From Rhodanobacteraceae bacterium (GTDB lineage: Bacteria; Pseudomonadota; Gammaproteobacteria; Xanthomonadales; SZUA-5), in NCBI GenBank assembly GCA_016713135.1, contig JADJPR010000023.1, forward strand, positions 668,427 to 732,426: a DNA stretch of 64,000 bases, in the 5' to 3' direction. How positions within the stretch are numbered: the stretch's first letter is position 1; the number at the start of each line of letters is the position of its first letter. Both the position numbers and the translations under genes were made by a program. The notes below the pieces were generated by a model, which was not told where the DNA came from, searched no databases, and was given only the letters and a program-made list of their open reading frames with translations. This document shows, in pieces, positions 10,992 through 21,443 of the stretch.

Positions 10992-12716
10992 ATGGCCACC
11001 CTGCTGCTGACCTACCTGGTCGCGATCGCCGCCGCGCTGCCGCTCGGCTGGTGGCTGGCGCGCACACTGATGACCGCGCCGATGCCCGGCGAGGCGCTGT
11101 TCGCAGCCATCGAGAAACCGCTCTGGCGCGCGCTCGGCATCGATCCTGCCCGCGGCATGAGCTGGCAGGGCTACGCCCGTGCCTTCCTGCTCAGCAATGC
11201 GGTACTCGGCATCGCGGTGTTCGCGCTGCTGCTGGCGCAGGGCTCGCTGCCGCTGAATCCGGATGGCATTCCCGGCATGTCCTGGGACCTGGCCTTGCAC
11301 ACGATGGTCAGTTTCCTGACCAACACCAACCAGCAGCACTACTCCGGCCAGGCGCAGCTGTCCTACCTGTTGCAACTGGCCGGCATCGTCACGCTGCAGG
11401 TGGTGACTCCGATGATGGGCCTGGCCATCGCCGCGGCGATGCTGCGCGCGCTGACCGGCGGCCGCAACGCCGCCAGCGCGAAGGAGGGCGAGCCGCGCGA
11501 TGTCGGCAACTTCTACGTCGACGTGGTGCGCCTGACCCTGCGCGCCTTCCTGCCGGTCGCACTGGCACTGTCGCTGGCACTGTCCTGGCAGGGCGTGCCG
11601 AGCACTTTCGAGGGCGCCGCGAAGGCCACCCCGGTGGACGCCAGTGCCGGCCTGGGCGAGCAGTTGATCCCGGTTGGCCCGGTCGCACCGATGGTCGCGG
11701 TCAAGCAGCTCGGCACCAACGGCGGCGGCTGGTACGGGCCGAACTCTTCGGTGCCGCTGGAGAACCCGACACCCTTGTCGAACCTGCTGCAGACCGTCGC
11801 GATCATCGTGTTCCCGATCGCGATCGCCCTGATGATCGGCCCGCTGACTGGGCGTCGGCGGCTGGCCGCGATGGTCTTCGGCAGCATGCTGCTGATGTCG
11901 CTCGCGCTCGCGGGCGCTGCGCTGTGGCTGGAGCAGGCGCCGAATGCCGCCGCCAGCGGACTTGCGGCCGCGACACCCAACCTCGAGGGCAAGGAGGTGC
12001 GCTTCGGTGCCGATGCCTCGGCGCTGTGGGCGACCCTGACCACCCAGACCTCGAACGGCTCGGTCAATGCGATGCACGACTCGCTGAACCCGCTGACCGG
12101 CGTGATCACGCTGTCCGGCATGCTGGTCAACGCGGTCTGGGGCGGCGTCGGCTGCGGTCTGGTCAATTTCCTGGTCTACGTGTTGCTGGCGGTGTTCCTG
12201 TCCGGGCTGATGATCGGGCGCACGCCGGAGCTGTTCGGGCGCAAGCTCGAGGTTCCGGAGATCCGCCTGCTCTCGCTGGTGGTGATGCTGCAACCGCTGC
12301 TGGTGCTCGGCCTGACCGCGTACACGCTGGCGACGCCGGCGATCACCGGCAACAGCAACCCCGGCTTCCACGGCATCTCGCAGGTCTTCTACGAGTACAC
12401 CTCGGCCTTCGCCAACAACGGCTCCGGCTTCGAGGGCCTCGGCGACGCCACGGTCTGGTGGAACCTCTCCTGCGTGCTCGCATTGCTGGTCGGGCGCTAC
12501 GCCTGCCTGCTAATTCCCCTCGCGATCGCCGGTTCGCTGGCGGTCAAGCGCGTCGCGCCGACCACGCGCGCCTCGTTGAATGTCGAAGGCCCGGTGTTCG
12601 CCGCCACCCTGATCGCGGTGATCGTACTCATGACCCTGTTGTGCTTCCTGCCGGTGCTGGCGCTCGGGCCGATCGCCGAGCACCTCTCGCTGGCCGCCAC
12701 GGGAGCCATTCAATGA
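10992..12716 (+). CDS. kdpA: K+-transporting ATPase subunit A (574 aa)
   Basis: ORF-track protein [26 protein letters not shown]..., a polytopic KdpA-like sequence. ATGA overlap with kdpB. Confidence 0.95.
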   Translation: MATLLLTYLVAIAAALPLGWWLARTLMTAPMPGEALFAAIEKPLWRALGIDPARGMSWQGYARAFLLSNAVLGIAVFALLLAQGSLPLNPDGIPGMSWDLALHTMVSFLTNTNQQHYSGQAQLSYLLQLAGIVTLQVVTPMMGLAIAAAMLRALTGGRNAASAKEGEPRDVGNFYVDVVRLTLRAFLPVALALSLALSWQGVPSTFEGAAKATPVDASAGLGEQLIPVGPVAPMVAVKQLGTNGGGWYGPNSSVPLENPTPLSNLLQTVAIIVFPIAIALMIGPLTGRRRLAAMVFGSMLLMSLALAGAALWLEQAPNAAASGLAAATPNLEGKEVRFGADASALWATLTTQTSNGSVNAMHDSLNPLTGVITLSGMLVNAVWGGVGCGLVNFLVYVLLAVFLSGLMIGRTPELFGRKLEVPEIRLLSLVVMLQPLLVLGLTAYTLATPAITGNSNPGFHGISQVFYEYTSAFANNGSGFEGLGDATVWWNLSCVLALLVGRYACLLIPLAIAGSLAVKRVAPTTRASLNVEGPVFAATLIAVIVLMTLLCFLPVLALGPIAEHLSLAATGAIQ

Positions 12717-14749
12717 ATACCCAGGTGATCAAGCGTCAACGCCATTCCAGCGGGCACACGCCGCTGCTGCCGGCCTTCGTGGACGCGCTGCGCAAACTCG
12801 ACCCGCGCGTGCAGTGGCGCAACCCGGTGATGTTCGTGGTTCTCGCCGGCACCGTGCTGACGCTGCTGCTGGCCTTCGCCGCCGGACCGTCCGATGCGCG
12901 CTTCGGCTTCACCCTCGCGGTGGCCGCGATCCTGCTCGCCACCGTGGTCTTCGCGAACTTCGCCGAGAGCATCGCCGAGGCGCGCGGACGCGGCCAGGCG
13001 GCCAGCCTGCGCGCCACCCGCAGCGAGCTGACCGGGGTGCGCATCGTGGACGGCCGCGAAGAGCGCGTGCCGGCCTCGGCGCTGCGCCGCGGCGACCAGG
13101 TGCGCGTGACTGCCGGCGAGCTGATCCCTGCCGATGGCGAAATCATCGAAGGCCTGGCCACGATCAACGAGGCCGCGGTCACTGGCGAGTCCGCGCCGGT
13201 GCTGCGCGAGGCCGGCACCGACAAGAGCGGCGTGATCGCCGGCACCAAGGTGCTGACCGACAGCATCCTGGTCGAGGTCAGCGCCGACCCCGGCGACAGC
13301 TTCCTCGACCGCATGATCCGCCTGGTCGAGGGCGCGCAGCGCCAGAAGACCCCGAACGAACTGGCGCTGACCGTTCTGCTGTCGGCGATGACCCTGGTGT
13401 TCCTGATCGTCTGCGTCAGCTTGCCGCCGATGGCGGGCTTCCTCGGCGTCGAACTTGACCTCGTGATGCTGGTCGCGCTGCTGGTGTGCCTGATCCCGAC
13501 CACGATCGGCGGCCTGCTGCCGGCGATCGGCATCGCCGGCATGGACCGCGCGATGCGTGCGAACGTGATCGCCAAGTCGGGCAAGGCGGTGGAACTGGCC
13601 GGCGACATCGACACCCTGCTGCTCGACAAGACCGGCACGATCACGCACGGCGATCGCCAGGCGACCACTTTCCACCCGATGCCGGGCGTGGCAGAGGGCC
13701 ATCTCGCGCGCGCTGCCGCGCTTGCCTCGCTGGCCGACCCGACCCCGGAGGGCAAGTCGATCGTACGCCTGGCCGAGCGCCAGGGCGTGCGCGAGGCGCT
13801 GCCCGCAGACAGCACGGTGATCGAGTTCTCGGCGCGCCTGCGCATGTCCGGCATCGACATTCCCGGGCGTGCGCCGCTACGCAAGGGCGCGCCCGACGCG
13901 GTCGCCCGCTGGGTCACGCAGGCCGGTGGGCATGCGCATGCCGCGCTGCAGATGACCGTCGAGCAGGTCGCGCGCGGCGGCGCCACCCCGCTGGTCGTCT
14001 CGGGGGGCAAGGAAGTGCTCGGCGTCGTCGCGCTCTCTGACATCGTCAAGTCCGGCGTGCGCGAACGTTTCGCGCGGCTGCGCGGCCTTGGCGTGCGCAC
14101 GGTGATGATCACCGGCGACAACCCGCTGACCGCCGCGGCGATCGCCGCGCAGGCCGGCGTCGATGACTTTCTCGCCGAAGCCACGCCCGAGGACAAGCTC
14201 GCGCGCATCCGCGCCGAACAGGCGCAGGGACGCCTGGTGGCGATGGTCGGCGACGGCACCAACGATGCGCCGGCGCTGGCGCAGGCCGACATCGGCCTGG
14301 CCATGAACGCGGGCACCCAGGCGGCCAAGGAAGCCGGCAACATGGTCGACCTCGACTCCGATCCGTCCAAGCTGGTGGACGTGGTCGAGATCGGCAAGCA
14401 GTTGCTGGTCACGCGCGGTGCGCTGACCACCTTCTCGCTCGCCAACGACGTGTCCAAGTACTTCGCGATCATCCCGGCGATCTTCGTCGCCGGCATCCCG
14501 TCGCTGGCGGCGCTGAATGTCATGGGGCTGTCGAGTGCGACCAACGCAGTCCTCTCGGCGCTGATCTTCAACGCCCTGATCATCCCGGCGCTGATCCCGC
14601 TGGCGCTGCGCGGCATCCGCGTGGCCGCCGCCAGCGGCGACGCGCTGCTCGCGCGCAACCTGTTGCTGTGGGGCGTCGGCGGCGTGATCCTGCCGTTCCC
14701 GGCAATCAAGCTGATCGACATGCTGCTCGCCGCCGTCCTCGGCGCCTGA
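12713..14749 (+). CDS. kdpB: K+-transporting P-type ATPase subunit B (678 aa)
   Basis: [11 protein letters not shown]... with the P-type phosphorylation motif [12 protein letters not shown] and [14 protein letters not shown]. The ATG at 12713 lies inside the long ORF 11051-14749. Confidence 0.95.
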   Translation: MNTQVIKRQRHSSGHTPLLPAFVDALRKLDPRVQWRNPVMFVVLAGTVLTLLLAFAAGPSDARFGFTLAVAAILLATVVFANFAESIAEARGRGQAASLRATRSELTGVRIVDGREERVPASALRRGDQVRVTAGELIPADGEIIEGLATINEAAVTGESAPVLREAGTDKSGVIAGTKVLTDSILVEVSADPGDSFLDRMIRLVEGAQRQKTPNELALTVLLSAMTLVFLIVCVSLPPMAGFLGVELDLVMLVALLVCLIPTTIGGLLPAIGIAGMDRAMRANVIAKSGKAVELAGDIDTLLLDKTGTITHGDRQATTFHPMPGVAEGHLARAAALASLADPTPEGKSIVRLAERQGVREALPADSTVIEFSARLRMSGIDIPGRAPLRKGAPDAVARWVTQAGGHAHAALQMTVEQVARGGATPLVVSGGKEVLGVVALSDIVKSGVRERFARLRGLGVRTVMITGDNPLTAAAIAAQAGVDDFLAEATPEDKLARIRAEQAQGRLVAMVGDGTNDAPALAQADIGLAMNAGTQAAKEAGNMVDLDSDPSKLVDVVEIGKQLLVTRGALTTFSLANDVSKYFAIIPAIFVAGIPSLAALNVMGLSSATNAVLSALIFNALIIPALIPLALRGIRVAAASGDALLARNLLLWGVGGVILPFPAIKLIDMLLAAVLGA

Positions 14750-14793
14750 TGCGCGCCATCGCCACGCTGTCGCACCAGCAAACCAGAAGCGTT

Positions 14794-14957
14794 GACGCAA
14801 AGGACGCAAAGGGGAGAAGAAAGGACGCAAAGGAAAGCAGGCGGGAAGCCGATCGGACCAGCCGCTCGCTGCATCTGCTTCCCTTGCTGCAACTGCTCCC
14901 CCGCTCCAATGGCTTCCTTCGTGTCCTTGCTTGCTGTTTTTTGCGTCCTTTGCGTCC
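14794..14957. repeat. oligomer-armed hairpin element (unit GACGCAAAG / CTTTGCGTC) inside the kdp operon
   Basis: Left arm: GACGCAAAG at 14794, 14803 and 14824. Right arm: CTTCGTGTC...TTTTGCGTC CTTTGCGTC, ending ~14957. It occupies most of the 243-nt kdpB-kdpC gap. Confidence 0.8.
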
Positions 14958-14992
14958 CACGCTCTTCAATTAACCGATCACGAGGCAACCCG

Positions 14993-15580
14993 ATGAACAC
15001 TCAAGCAGTACTCGACACCCGCGGCGGCGGCCTGCGCGCGGCGCTGGTGTTTGCCGCGCTGGCGATCGCGCTGACGGGCCTCGCCTACCCGGTCGGCGCC
15101 ACCCTGCTCGGTGGCTGGCTGTTCTCGCAGCAGGCGCGCGGCAGCCTGATCGAGCGGGATGGCCGCGTGGTCGGCTCGGCTCTGGTCGCGCAGCCCTTCG
15201 CCGATGCGCGCTACTTCGCGCCGCGCCCTTCGGCCGCCGGCTACAACCCGGTGGGTGCCGCCGGCAGCAACTGGGGCGCGTCCAACCCGGCTTTGCGTGA
15301 GCGCATGGCCGCCGAGGCCGCGGCGATCGCCGCGCGCGAAGGCGTGATCGCGAGCGAACTGCCGGCAGACCTCGTCAGCGCCTCCGGATCCGGCCTCGAT
15401 CCGCACATCACCCCGGCCGGCGCACAGGCGCAGGCGCCGCGGGTGGCGCGGGCACGCGGGATTCCCGAGGACCAGGTGCTGGCACTGATCGACGCGCATA
15501 CCGAGCCGCCGATGCTCGGCTTCTACGGTGGCGCGCGCGTCAACGTGCTGCAACTGAACCTGGCGCTGGACGCGCGCTGA
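14993..15580 (+). CDS. kdpC: K+-transporting ATPase subunit C (195 aa)
   Basis: MNTQAVLDTRGGGLRAALVFAALAIALTGLAYPV...SASGSGLDPHITP is KdpC-like. The ATG at 14993 lies inside ORF 14792-15580. Confidence 0.9.
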   Translation: MNTQAVLDTRGGGLRAALVFAALAIALTGLAYPVGATLLGGWLFSQQARGSLIERDGRVVGSALVAQPFADARYFAPRPSAAGYNPVGAAGSNWGASNPALRERMAAEAAAIAAREGVIASELPADLVSASGSGLDPHITPAGAQAQAPRVARARGIPEDQVLALIDAHTEPPMLGFYGGARVNVLQLNLALDAR

Positions 15581-15582
15581 CC

Positions 15583-18234
15583 GTGCCCGACGCGCGCAGC
15601 GCCCAGGCGGACGCCCTGCTCGAGGGCATCGCGCGCGAGCGCCGCGGCGCGGCGCTGAAGGTCTTCCTCGGCGCCGCGCCGGGCGTCGGCAAGACCTACG
15701 CGATGCTCTCGGCGGCGCGCGAGCTGAAGCGGCGCGGCATCGACGTCGTGGTCGGCATCGTCGAGACCCACGGCCGCGCCGAGACCGCGGCGCTTCTCGA
15801 AGGCCTGGAAGTGCTGCCGCGAAGGCGCGTCGAGTATCGCGATCGCACCCTCGAGGAACTCGACCTCGATGCGCTGCTGGCGCGCAAACCCAAGGTCGCG
15901 CTGATCGACGAACTCGCGCACAGCAACGCGCCCGGCAGCCGCCACCCATATCGCTACCAGGACGTGCTGGAACTGCTCGACGCCGGGATCGAGGTCTACA
16001 CCACGGTCAACATCCAGCACCTTGAGAGCCAGAACGACCTGGTCGAGCGCCTGACCCAGGTGCGGGTGCGCGAAACCGTGCCGGACGCGGTGTTCGACCG
16101 CGCGCGCGACATCGTGCTGGTCGACCTGCCCCCGCGCGAACTGATCGAGCGCCTGCAGCAAGGCAAGGTCTACGTGCCCGAACTGGCCAGTTCGGCGCTG
16201 CAGCGTTTCTTCAATCCCTCCAACCTGTCTGCCCTGCGCGAACTCGCGCTGCAGCAGATCTCCGACCGCGTCGACGCCGACCTGCGCGAGACCCTGACCG
16301 CGCGCGGCCAGCAAGTCGTGCCGATCCGGCGGCGCCTGCTGGTCGCGGTCGACGGCAGCGAGAACAGCGAATACCTTGTGCGGGTCGCGCGCAAGCTTGC
16401 CGAGCGCCGCGGCGCGCCTTGGACCGTGGCCTTCGTCGACACCGGGGATATCTCCGCGGAACGCCGGCACGCGGTCGACCAGGTGTTCGCGCTCGCACGC
16501 CGCCTGGGCGCCGAAACCGACTGGCTGCGTGGGGCCGATGTCGCCGACACCCTGCTCGACCACGCCGCGCAGCAGGCGGTGTCCGGGATCGTGCTCGGCC
16601 GTACCCGCGAGCGTCCCTTCGCGCGCATGTTCAACCGCACCCTGACGCAGCGCCTGCTGCAACACGGCGCGCACCTGGAGCTCACCATCCTGGCGACCCC
16701 GCAGGCGCGCCGCCGCGCCCGCCGGCGTCCGCGCGTCGGCGTGTGGCGCTGGAGCGATGTCGCGCTCGCCGCCGGCGGCGTGGTCGCCTCCCTGCTGCTG
16801 GCCTTGCTTGCAGAGCGCTGGCTGGCGCTGAAAGACCTGTCGCCGATCTTCCTGCTGGCGGTGCTGGTGGTGGCGGTGCGCACCCGCGGCAGCATCGCGG
16901 TACTGACCGCGGTGAGCTGCTTCCTCGGCTGGAACTTCTTCTTCACCGAGCCACGCTACACCCTCGCGGTGTGGGCGCACCGCGATTTCGTCAACCTGTT
17001 CCTGTTCCTGGTGGCTGCCCTGATCAGCGGTCGCCTGGCCGGCCACCTGCGGCGCCAGGTACTGAACCTGCGCGCCGCCAACGCCAGCATCCAGGCGCTG
17101 CAGTCGCTCGGACGCGAGCTGGCCACGGCAGCGGACGCCGAGAGCGTGCTCGCGGTCGCGCAACGCGCCCTCGCGCGCGCCGGCGGCTGCGATGTGGTGC
17201 TGTTCCTGCGTGAGAGCGGCGGGCAGCTGCGCCAGGCGGCCGGCAGCGCCACGCCGGGCCTGACCGAGCAGGCCGCAGCGGACTGGACCGGCACCCATGG
17301 CAAACCGGCTGGGCGCGGTACCGACACCCTGCAGGCCTCGGCCTGGTGGTTCCTGCCCTTGAAGAGCAAGGACAGCGTGCTCGGCGTGGCCGGGTTGCGG
17401 CCGGCCAGCGAGGCCGGCTTCGGCAGCGAGCAGGAGGAACTGCTGCAGACCATGGTCGACGACCTCGCGGACGCGCTCGCGCGCACCCGGCTCAACGATG
17501 CGCTGGAAGCCGCCCGCATGCAGAGCGAGACCGAGAACCTGCGCGCGGCGCTGCTGTCCTCGGTCTCGCACGATCTGCGCTCGCCGCTGTCGGCGATCGT
17601 CGGCGCCGCCGAGAGCCTGACGGCCTACGGCGATGCGATGCCGCCGGAGGACCGCCGCAGCCTGCAGGAGTCGATCCTCGGCGAGGGCCAGCGGTTGGAC
17701 CGCTACATCCAGAACCTGCTCGACATGACCCGCCTCGGCCACGGCGAGCTGAAGATCCAGCGCGACTGGATCGCGCCGGCGGAACTGCTGGGCGCGGCCG
17801 CGCGGCGCGTGCGCAAGCAGTTCCCTGGGATCGAGTTCGCGCTCGATGTGCCGCCCGACCTGCCCTTGCTATGGGTCCATCCGGCGCTGGTCGAACAAGC
17901 GGTGTTCAACATCCTGGAGAACGCCGCGCGCTTCTCGCCGCCCGGTGGGCCGGTGTCGCTGCGGGCGCGCGCCGATGCCGGCGAGCTGCGCATCGAAGTG
18001 GCCGATCGCGGCCCGGGGATCCCGGAAGAGGAGCGCGCGCGCATCTTCGACATGTTCTATTCGGTCGCGCGCGGCGACCGTGGCAAGGGTGGTACCGGCC
18101 TCGGACTCAGCATCTGCCAGGGGCTCATCGGTGCCCACGGCGGCCGCGTCGAGGCCTTGCCCGGTGCCGATGGATGCGGCACGCTGATCGTGGTGACCCT
18201 GCCGCTGACCTCTCCGCCCGAAGCGCCCGGATGA
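15583..18234 (+). CDS. kdpD: sensor histidine kinase KdpD (883 aa)
   Basis: N-terminal KdpD domain (GAAPGVGKTYAML), a USP-like segment, TM helices, the H-box SHDLRSPL and an ATPase domain. GTG start 2 nt after the kdpC stop. Confidence 0.95.
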   Translation: MPDARSAQADALLEGIARERRGAALKVFLGAAPGVGKTYAMLSAARELKRRGIDVVVGIVETHGRAETAALLEGLEVLPRRRVEYRDRTLEELDLDALLARKPKVALIDELAHSNAPGSRHPYRYQDVLELLDAGIEVYTTVNIQHLESQNDLVERLTQVRVRETVPDAVFDRARDIVLVDLPPRELIERLQQGKVYVPELASSALQRFFNPSNLSALRELALQQISDRVDADLRETLTARGQQVVPIRRRLLVAVDGSENSEYLVRVARKLAERRGAPWTVAFVDTGDISAERRHAVDQVFALARRLGAETDWLRGADVADTLLDHAAQQAVSGIVLGRTRERPFARMFNRTLTQRLLQHGAHLELTILATPQARRRARRRPRVGVWRWSDVALAAGGVVASLLLALLAERWLALKDLSPIFLLAVLVVAVRTRGSIAVLTAVSCFLGWNFFFTEPRYTLAVWAHRDFVNLFLFLVAALISGRLAGHLRRQVLNLRAANASIQALQSLGRELATAADAESVLAVAQRALARAGGCDVVLFLRESGGQLRQAAGSATPGLTEQAAADWTGTHGKPAGRGTDTLQASAWWFLPLKSKDSVLGVAGLRPASEAGFGSEQEELLQTMVDDLADALARTRLNDALEAARMQSETENLRAALLSSVSHDLRSPLSAIVGAAESLTAYGDAMPPEDRRSLQESILGEGQRLDRYIQNLLDMTRLGHGELKIQRDWIAPAELLGAAARRVRKQFPGIEFALDVPPDLPLLWVHPALVEQAVFNILENAARFSPPGGPVSLRARADAGELRIEVADRGPGIPEEERARIFDMFYSVARGDRGKGGTGLGLSICQGLIGAHGGRVEALPGADGCGTLIVVTLPLTSPPEAPG

Positions 18235-18920
18235 TCGAAGCCAAGCCGCGCATCCTGGTGGTCGACGACGAGCCGCAGATCCGCAAGCTGCTCGACATCA
18301 GCCTGCGCGCGCAGGGCTACCAGGTGGAACAGGCCGGCAACGGCGCCGCGGCGCTGGCGGCGCTGGCCGCGCACGGCGCCGACCTGGTGATCCTCGACAT
18401 CGGCCTGCCCGACCGCGACGGCCACAGCGTGCTGCGCGAGATCCGAGGCTGGACCGAGGTGCCGGTGATCATGCTCTCGGTGCGCGCTTCGGAGGCCGAG
18501 AAGGTGCGCGCCCTGGACCTCGGCGCGAACGACTACGTGACCAAGCCCTTCGGCGTGCAGGAACTCTCGGCGCGCATCCGCGCGTTGTTGCGCACGCGCC
18601 CAGCGCTCGCCGGCGAGACCGGCTGGGACGATGGCCACCTGCACGTAGACCCGCTGCGCCGGCGCGCCGATCTCGACGGCCAGACCTTGCGCCTGACGCC
18701 GAAGGAGTGGTCGCTGTTGCTGTTGCTGCTGCGCCACCGCGGCAAGGTCCTGACCCAGCCGCAACTGCTGCGCGAGCTGTGGGGCCCCGACCATGACGAG
18801 GACAGCCACTACCTGCGCATCCTGGTAGGCAAGCTGCGGCGCAAGCTGGGCGACGACCCGGTCTCACCCCAATACATCGAGACCGAGCCCGGGGTGGGCT
18901 TGCGCTGGCGCGCCGAGTAG
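18231..18920 (+). CDS. kdpE: OmpR-family response regulator KdpE (229 aa)
   Basis: MIEAKPRILVVDDEPQIRKLL... receiver domain plus a winged-helix C-terminus (...ETEPGVGLRWRAE). ATGA overlap with kdpD. Confidence 0.9.
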   Translation: MIEAKPRILVVDDEPQIRKLLDISLRAQGYQVEQAGNGAAALAALAAHGADLVILDIGLPDRDGHSVLREIRGWTEVPVIMLSVRASEAEKVRALDLGANDYVTKPFGVQELSARIRALLRTRPALAGETGWDDGHLHVDPLRRRADLDGQTLRLTPKEWSLLLLLLRHRGKVLTQPQLLRELWGPDHDEDSHYLRILVGKLRRKLGDDPVSPQYIETEPGVGLRWRAE

Positions 18921-19009
18921 CGCGCCTTGCAGGGGTCAGCGCGATCTGCCGCCGCGGCCACGGAGCCACGGCGCCGGGAAAGGACTCCGGTGCGCCTTTG
19001 CAGCCCGGG

Positions 19010-19166
19010 TGCGCGAGCTGTGGGGCCCCGACGATGACGAGGACAGCCACTACCTGCGCATCCTGGTAGGCAAGCTGCGGCGCAAGCTGGGCGACGACCC
19101 GGTCTCACCCCAATACATCGAGACCGAGCCCGGGGTGGGCTTGCGCTGGCGCGCCGAGTAGCGCGC
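19010..19166 (+). repeat. duplicate of the last ~150 nt of kdpE including its stop codon
   Basis: 19010-19166 matches 18769-18925 (offset 241 nt). I noticed a single difference (gaccatgac vs gacgatgac). The two copies are separated by an 84-nt spacer. Confidence 0.85.
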
Positions 19167-19182
19167 GGTCCCGGCCGCTACC

Positions 19183-19971
19183 TCAACCGCACTTCGAATA
19201 GCCGCAATTCAGGCAGGTCTGACAGCCATCCATCAGGACCACGGCCTTGGTGTTGCACTTGCCGCACATCGTCGCGCTGGGCGGGAAGGACAGGCTCTGC
19301 TCGGTGGCAACCACCACGAGCGGAGCCTTGGCTTCCGGCTCGCGGCTCACTTCAGCGTTTTTTTTTCCGCCGTCCGCGCTTTGCGCCTCGTACTGCGCGC
19401 GCTTCTTCGCGATCGCCTCGCGCTGCTCGATGCTGAGCTCGTCGCCGACGATCATGCCGATGCTCTTCAGGTGGTCCTCGACCACGAAGCCGAGTTCGGC
19501 GACGATCGACGGCATGTACACGCCACCGGCCTTGAAGTAGCCGCCGCGCGGATCGAACACCGCCTTCAGCTCCTCGACGATGAAGGTCACGTCGCCGCCC
19601 TTGCGGAACACCGCGCTCATGATGCGCGTGAGGGCCACGGCCCACTGGAAGTGGTCCATGTTCTTGCTGTTGATGAACACTTCGAAGGGCCGGCGAGACT
19701 CATGCGCGGTACCTTCGTTGAGCACGATGTCGTTGATCGTCACGTACAGGGCGTGCTCGAACAGCGGCGACTTGATCTTGTAAGTGCTGCCGTCGAGTCG
19801 CTCGGGGCGCTCGACGCGCTCGTGCATGTGAATCACTTCGGCGCTCGGGGCCTCCACCACGGCGGGCTCGGCGGCGGCAACGCGCGCAGCCTCGGCGGCT
19901 TCCGCCTTCGCCTTGTCTTCCGGGGTCTGCACCGCGTAGCCGGTGATCTTCTTGCTGATCTTGATGGTCAT
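19183..19971 (-). CDS. nrdJb: class II ribonucleotide reductase small fragment, NrdJb-like (262 aa)
   Basis: MTIKISKKITGY...PFEVFINSKNMDHFQWAVALTRIMSAVFRKGGDV... with a C-terminal Cys cluster CGKCNTKAVVLMDGCQTCLNCGYSKCG. Its architecture resembles the C-terminal part of the split NrdJ of Pseudomonas. Confidence 0.8.
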   Translation of the reverse strand: MTIKISKKITGYAVQTPEDKAKAEAAEAARVAAAEPAVVEAPSAEVIHMHERVERPERLDGSTYKIKSPLFEHALYVTINDIVLNEGTAHESRRPFEVFINSKNMDHFQWAVALTRIMSAVFRKGGDVTFIVEELKAVFDPRGGYFKAGGVYMPSIVAELGFVVEDHLKSIGMIVGDELSIEQREAIAKKRAQYEAQSADGGKKNAEVSREPEAKAPLVVVATEQSLSFPPSATMCGKCNTKAVVLMDGCQTCLNCGYSKCG

Positions 19972-20088
19972 CGTCAGGTCCTGCGGGCGACGCCTGCATG
20001 GCGCCGCCGGATCAATGCTTGCCCGCACTGCGTCGGGAGATTCAAAAAATCGCTGGCAGCCGCTCGCGCACGCGCGGCCGCCAGCGGC

Positions 20089-20619
20089 TCACTTCGCTGA
20101 GATCAGCTTCAACTCCCCACCCTGCTGATAGGCGGTGGTGACTTCAAGATCCCGCCCGATGCGGGCGAGTTCGAGCAGATGGTCGATCTGGATGGTGCGG
20201 TCCTCGCTGCTGAGCAGGACAATCTGGTCGATCACGTAGGCGCGGGCTACGCCGGCCAGCGCGTCCTCCAGGCTCAAAGAGTCGAAGACCTCGTCCTGGA
20301 ACAGGAACTGGTTGTCCCCGTGCGGCAGCAGTTCCACCTTGAGTCGCTGACCGGGCACCAGGTCTGCCGGCAGGGCAACCTTGTTTGCCGGCGAACCTGA
20401 CTCGACCTTCGCCGGCAAGCCGTTCGCGGACAGCACGGCGTCTTTCAGCGCCTGCTGCGACTTGTCCGCGCCGTACTTGGCGTTCAGCTCGGCCAGGTGC
20501 TTCTCGTAGGCCGCGCGGCCGCGCGGCGCGAGCATGGTGTCGCCGTTCTGCGCTTGCGCCCACAGCCCCTGCGGCGAGAGCAGCGCCAGTGCCAGGACCA
20601 TCGCCATCCGGTATTTCAT
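20089..20619 (-). CDS. hypothetical exported protein (176 aa)
   Basis: MKYRMAMVLALALLSPQGLWAQAQ is a signal peptide, and AAGGAG lies 6 nt upstream of the ATG (complement of 20617-20619). I recognise no family. Confidence 0.6.
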   Translation of the reverse strand: MKYRMAMVLALALLSPQGLWAQAQNGDTMLAPRGRAAYEKHLAELNAKYGADKSQQALKDAVLSANGLPAKVESGSPANKVALPADLVPGQRLKVELLPHGDNQFLFQDEVFDSLSLEDALAGVARAYVIDQIVLLSSEDRTIQIDHLLELARIGRDLEVTTAYQQGGELKLISAK

Positions 20620-20697
20620 TGCAACTCCTTGCGGCACCCTACGCACGGCTGTGCCTGCGCAACTTGCGGGCCCGGCAAACCGGGCCCGCCGAACGGA

Positions 20698-21396
20698 TCA
20701 AGACTTCTTGGCGGCTGGCTTCTTTGCCGGCGCCTTGGTGGCAGGCGCCTTCTTGGCCGGAGCCGCCTTCGCTGCAGGCTTCTTCGCCGGCGCCGCCTTG
20801 GCGGCCGGCTTCGCTGCAGCCTTGGCAGGCGCCTTGGCTGCGGGCTTCTTCGCCGGAGCCGCCTGCTTCGCCGGGGCCTTGGCTGCTGGCGCTGCCTTCT
20901 TCGCCGGGGCCTTGGCCGCTGGCGCTGCCTTCTTCGCCGGGGCCTTGGCCGCTGGCGCTGCCTTCTTCGCCGGAGCCTTGGCTGCCGGCGCCGCCTTCTT
21001 GGCCGGGGCCTTGGCCGGCTGTCCGGTCACCTTGGCAGCTGCGGCCTTGGCCTTGTCCACCGCCTTACCCACTTCCGCCTTGGCCTTTGCAACGGCCTTC
21101 TTCACCGCCTTGACCTTCGGCGCGGCGGCCTTCTCGGCTTTGGCCACGGTCTTCTTGGCAGCCTTCTTGACGTCAGCCACCTCCTTCTTGACCGCCTTGG
21201 TCACTTCGGCAGCCTTGGCTTCGACCGCCTTCTTGGCCGCACCGACTTTCTTCGCCGCAGCCTTCTTCACCGCCGCCACCTTGGATTCGGCCGCTGCAAC
21301 CGCTTCCTTGCCTTCCGCGATCAGCTTCTCGCCAATTGCCTCGGCCTTGTCTTTCAGCTCTTCGATCTTGCCCGCAATACCCTGATCACCGCTCAT
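20698..21396 (-). CDS. histone H1-like / AlgP-like Ala-Lys-Pro repeat nucleoid protein (232 aa)
   Basis: MSGDQGIAGKIEELKDKAEAIG... is followed by (APAKKAAPAAK)n. GAGGGAG lies 8 nt upstream of the ATG at the complement of 21394-21396. The rest of ORF 20698-21756 overlaps nrdJa and was discarded. Confidence 0.75.
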   Translation of the reverse strand: MSGDQGIAGKIEELKDKAEAIGEKLIAEGKEAVAAAESKVAAVKKAAAKKVGAAKKAVEAKAAEVTKAVKKEVADVKKAAKKTVAKAEKAAAPKVKAVKKAVAKAKAEVGKAVDKAKAAAAKVTGQPAKAPAKKAAPAAKAPAKKAAPAAKAPAKKAAPAAKAPAKKAAPAAKAPAKQAAPAKKPAAKAPAKAAAKPAAKAAPAKKPAAKAAPAKKAPATKAPAKKPAAKKS

Positions 21397-21443
21397 GACG
21401 ACCACTCCCTCGCTCAAGTCAGCGCCCGCCATGGGCGCGGTTC

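Noticed and set aside
11051-14749. The 1232-aa ORF 11051-14749 and the 824-aa ORF 42294-44768, considered as giant fusion proteins.
   Set aside because: Their N-terminal parts are out-of-frame read-through of kdpA and of the frameshifted acyltransferase. The recognisable proteins (KdpB, ammonia-lyase) start at internal ATGs 12713 and 43224, with coupling overlaps to the upstream genes.
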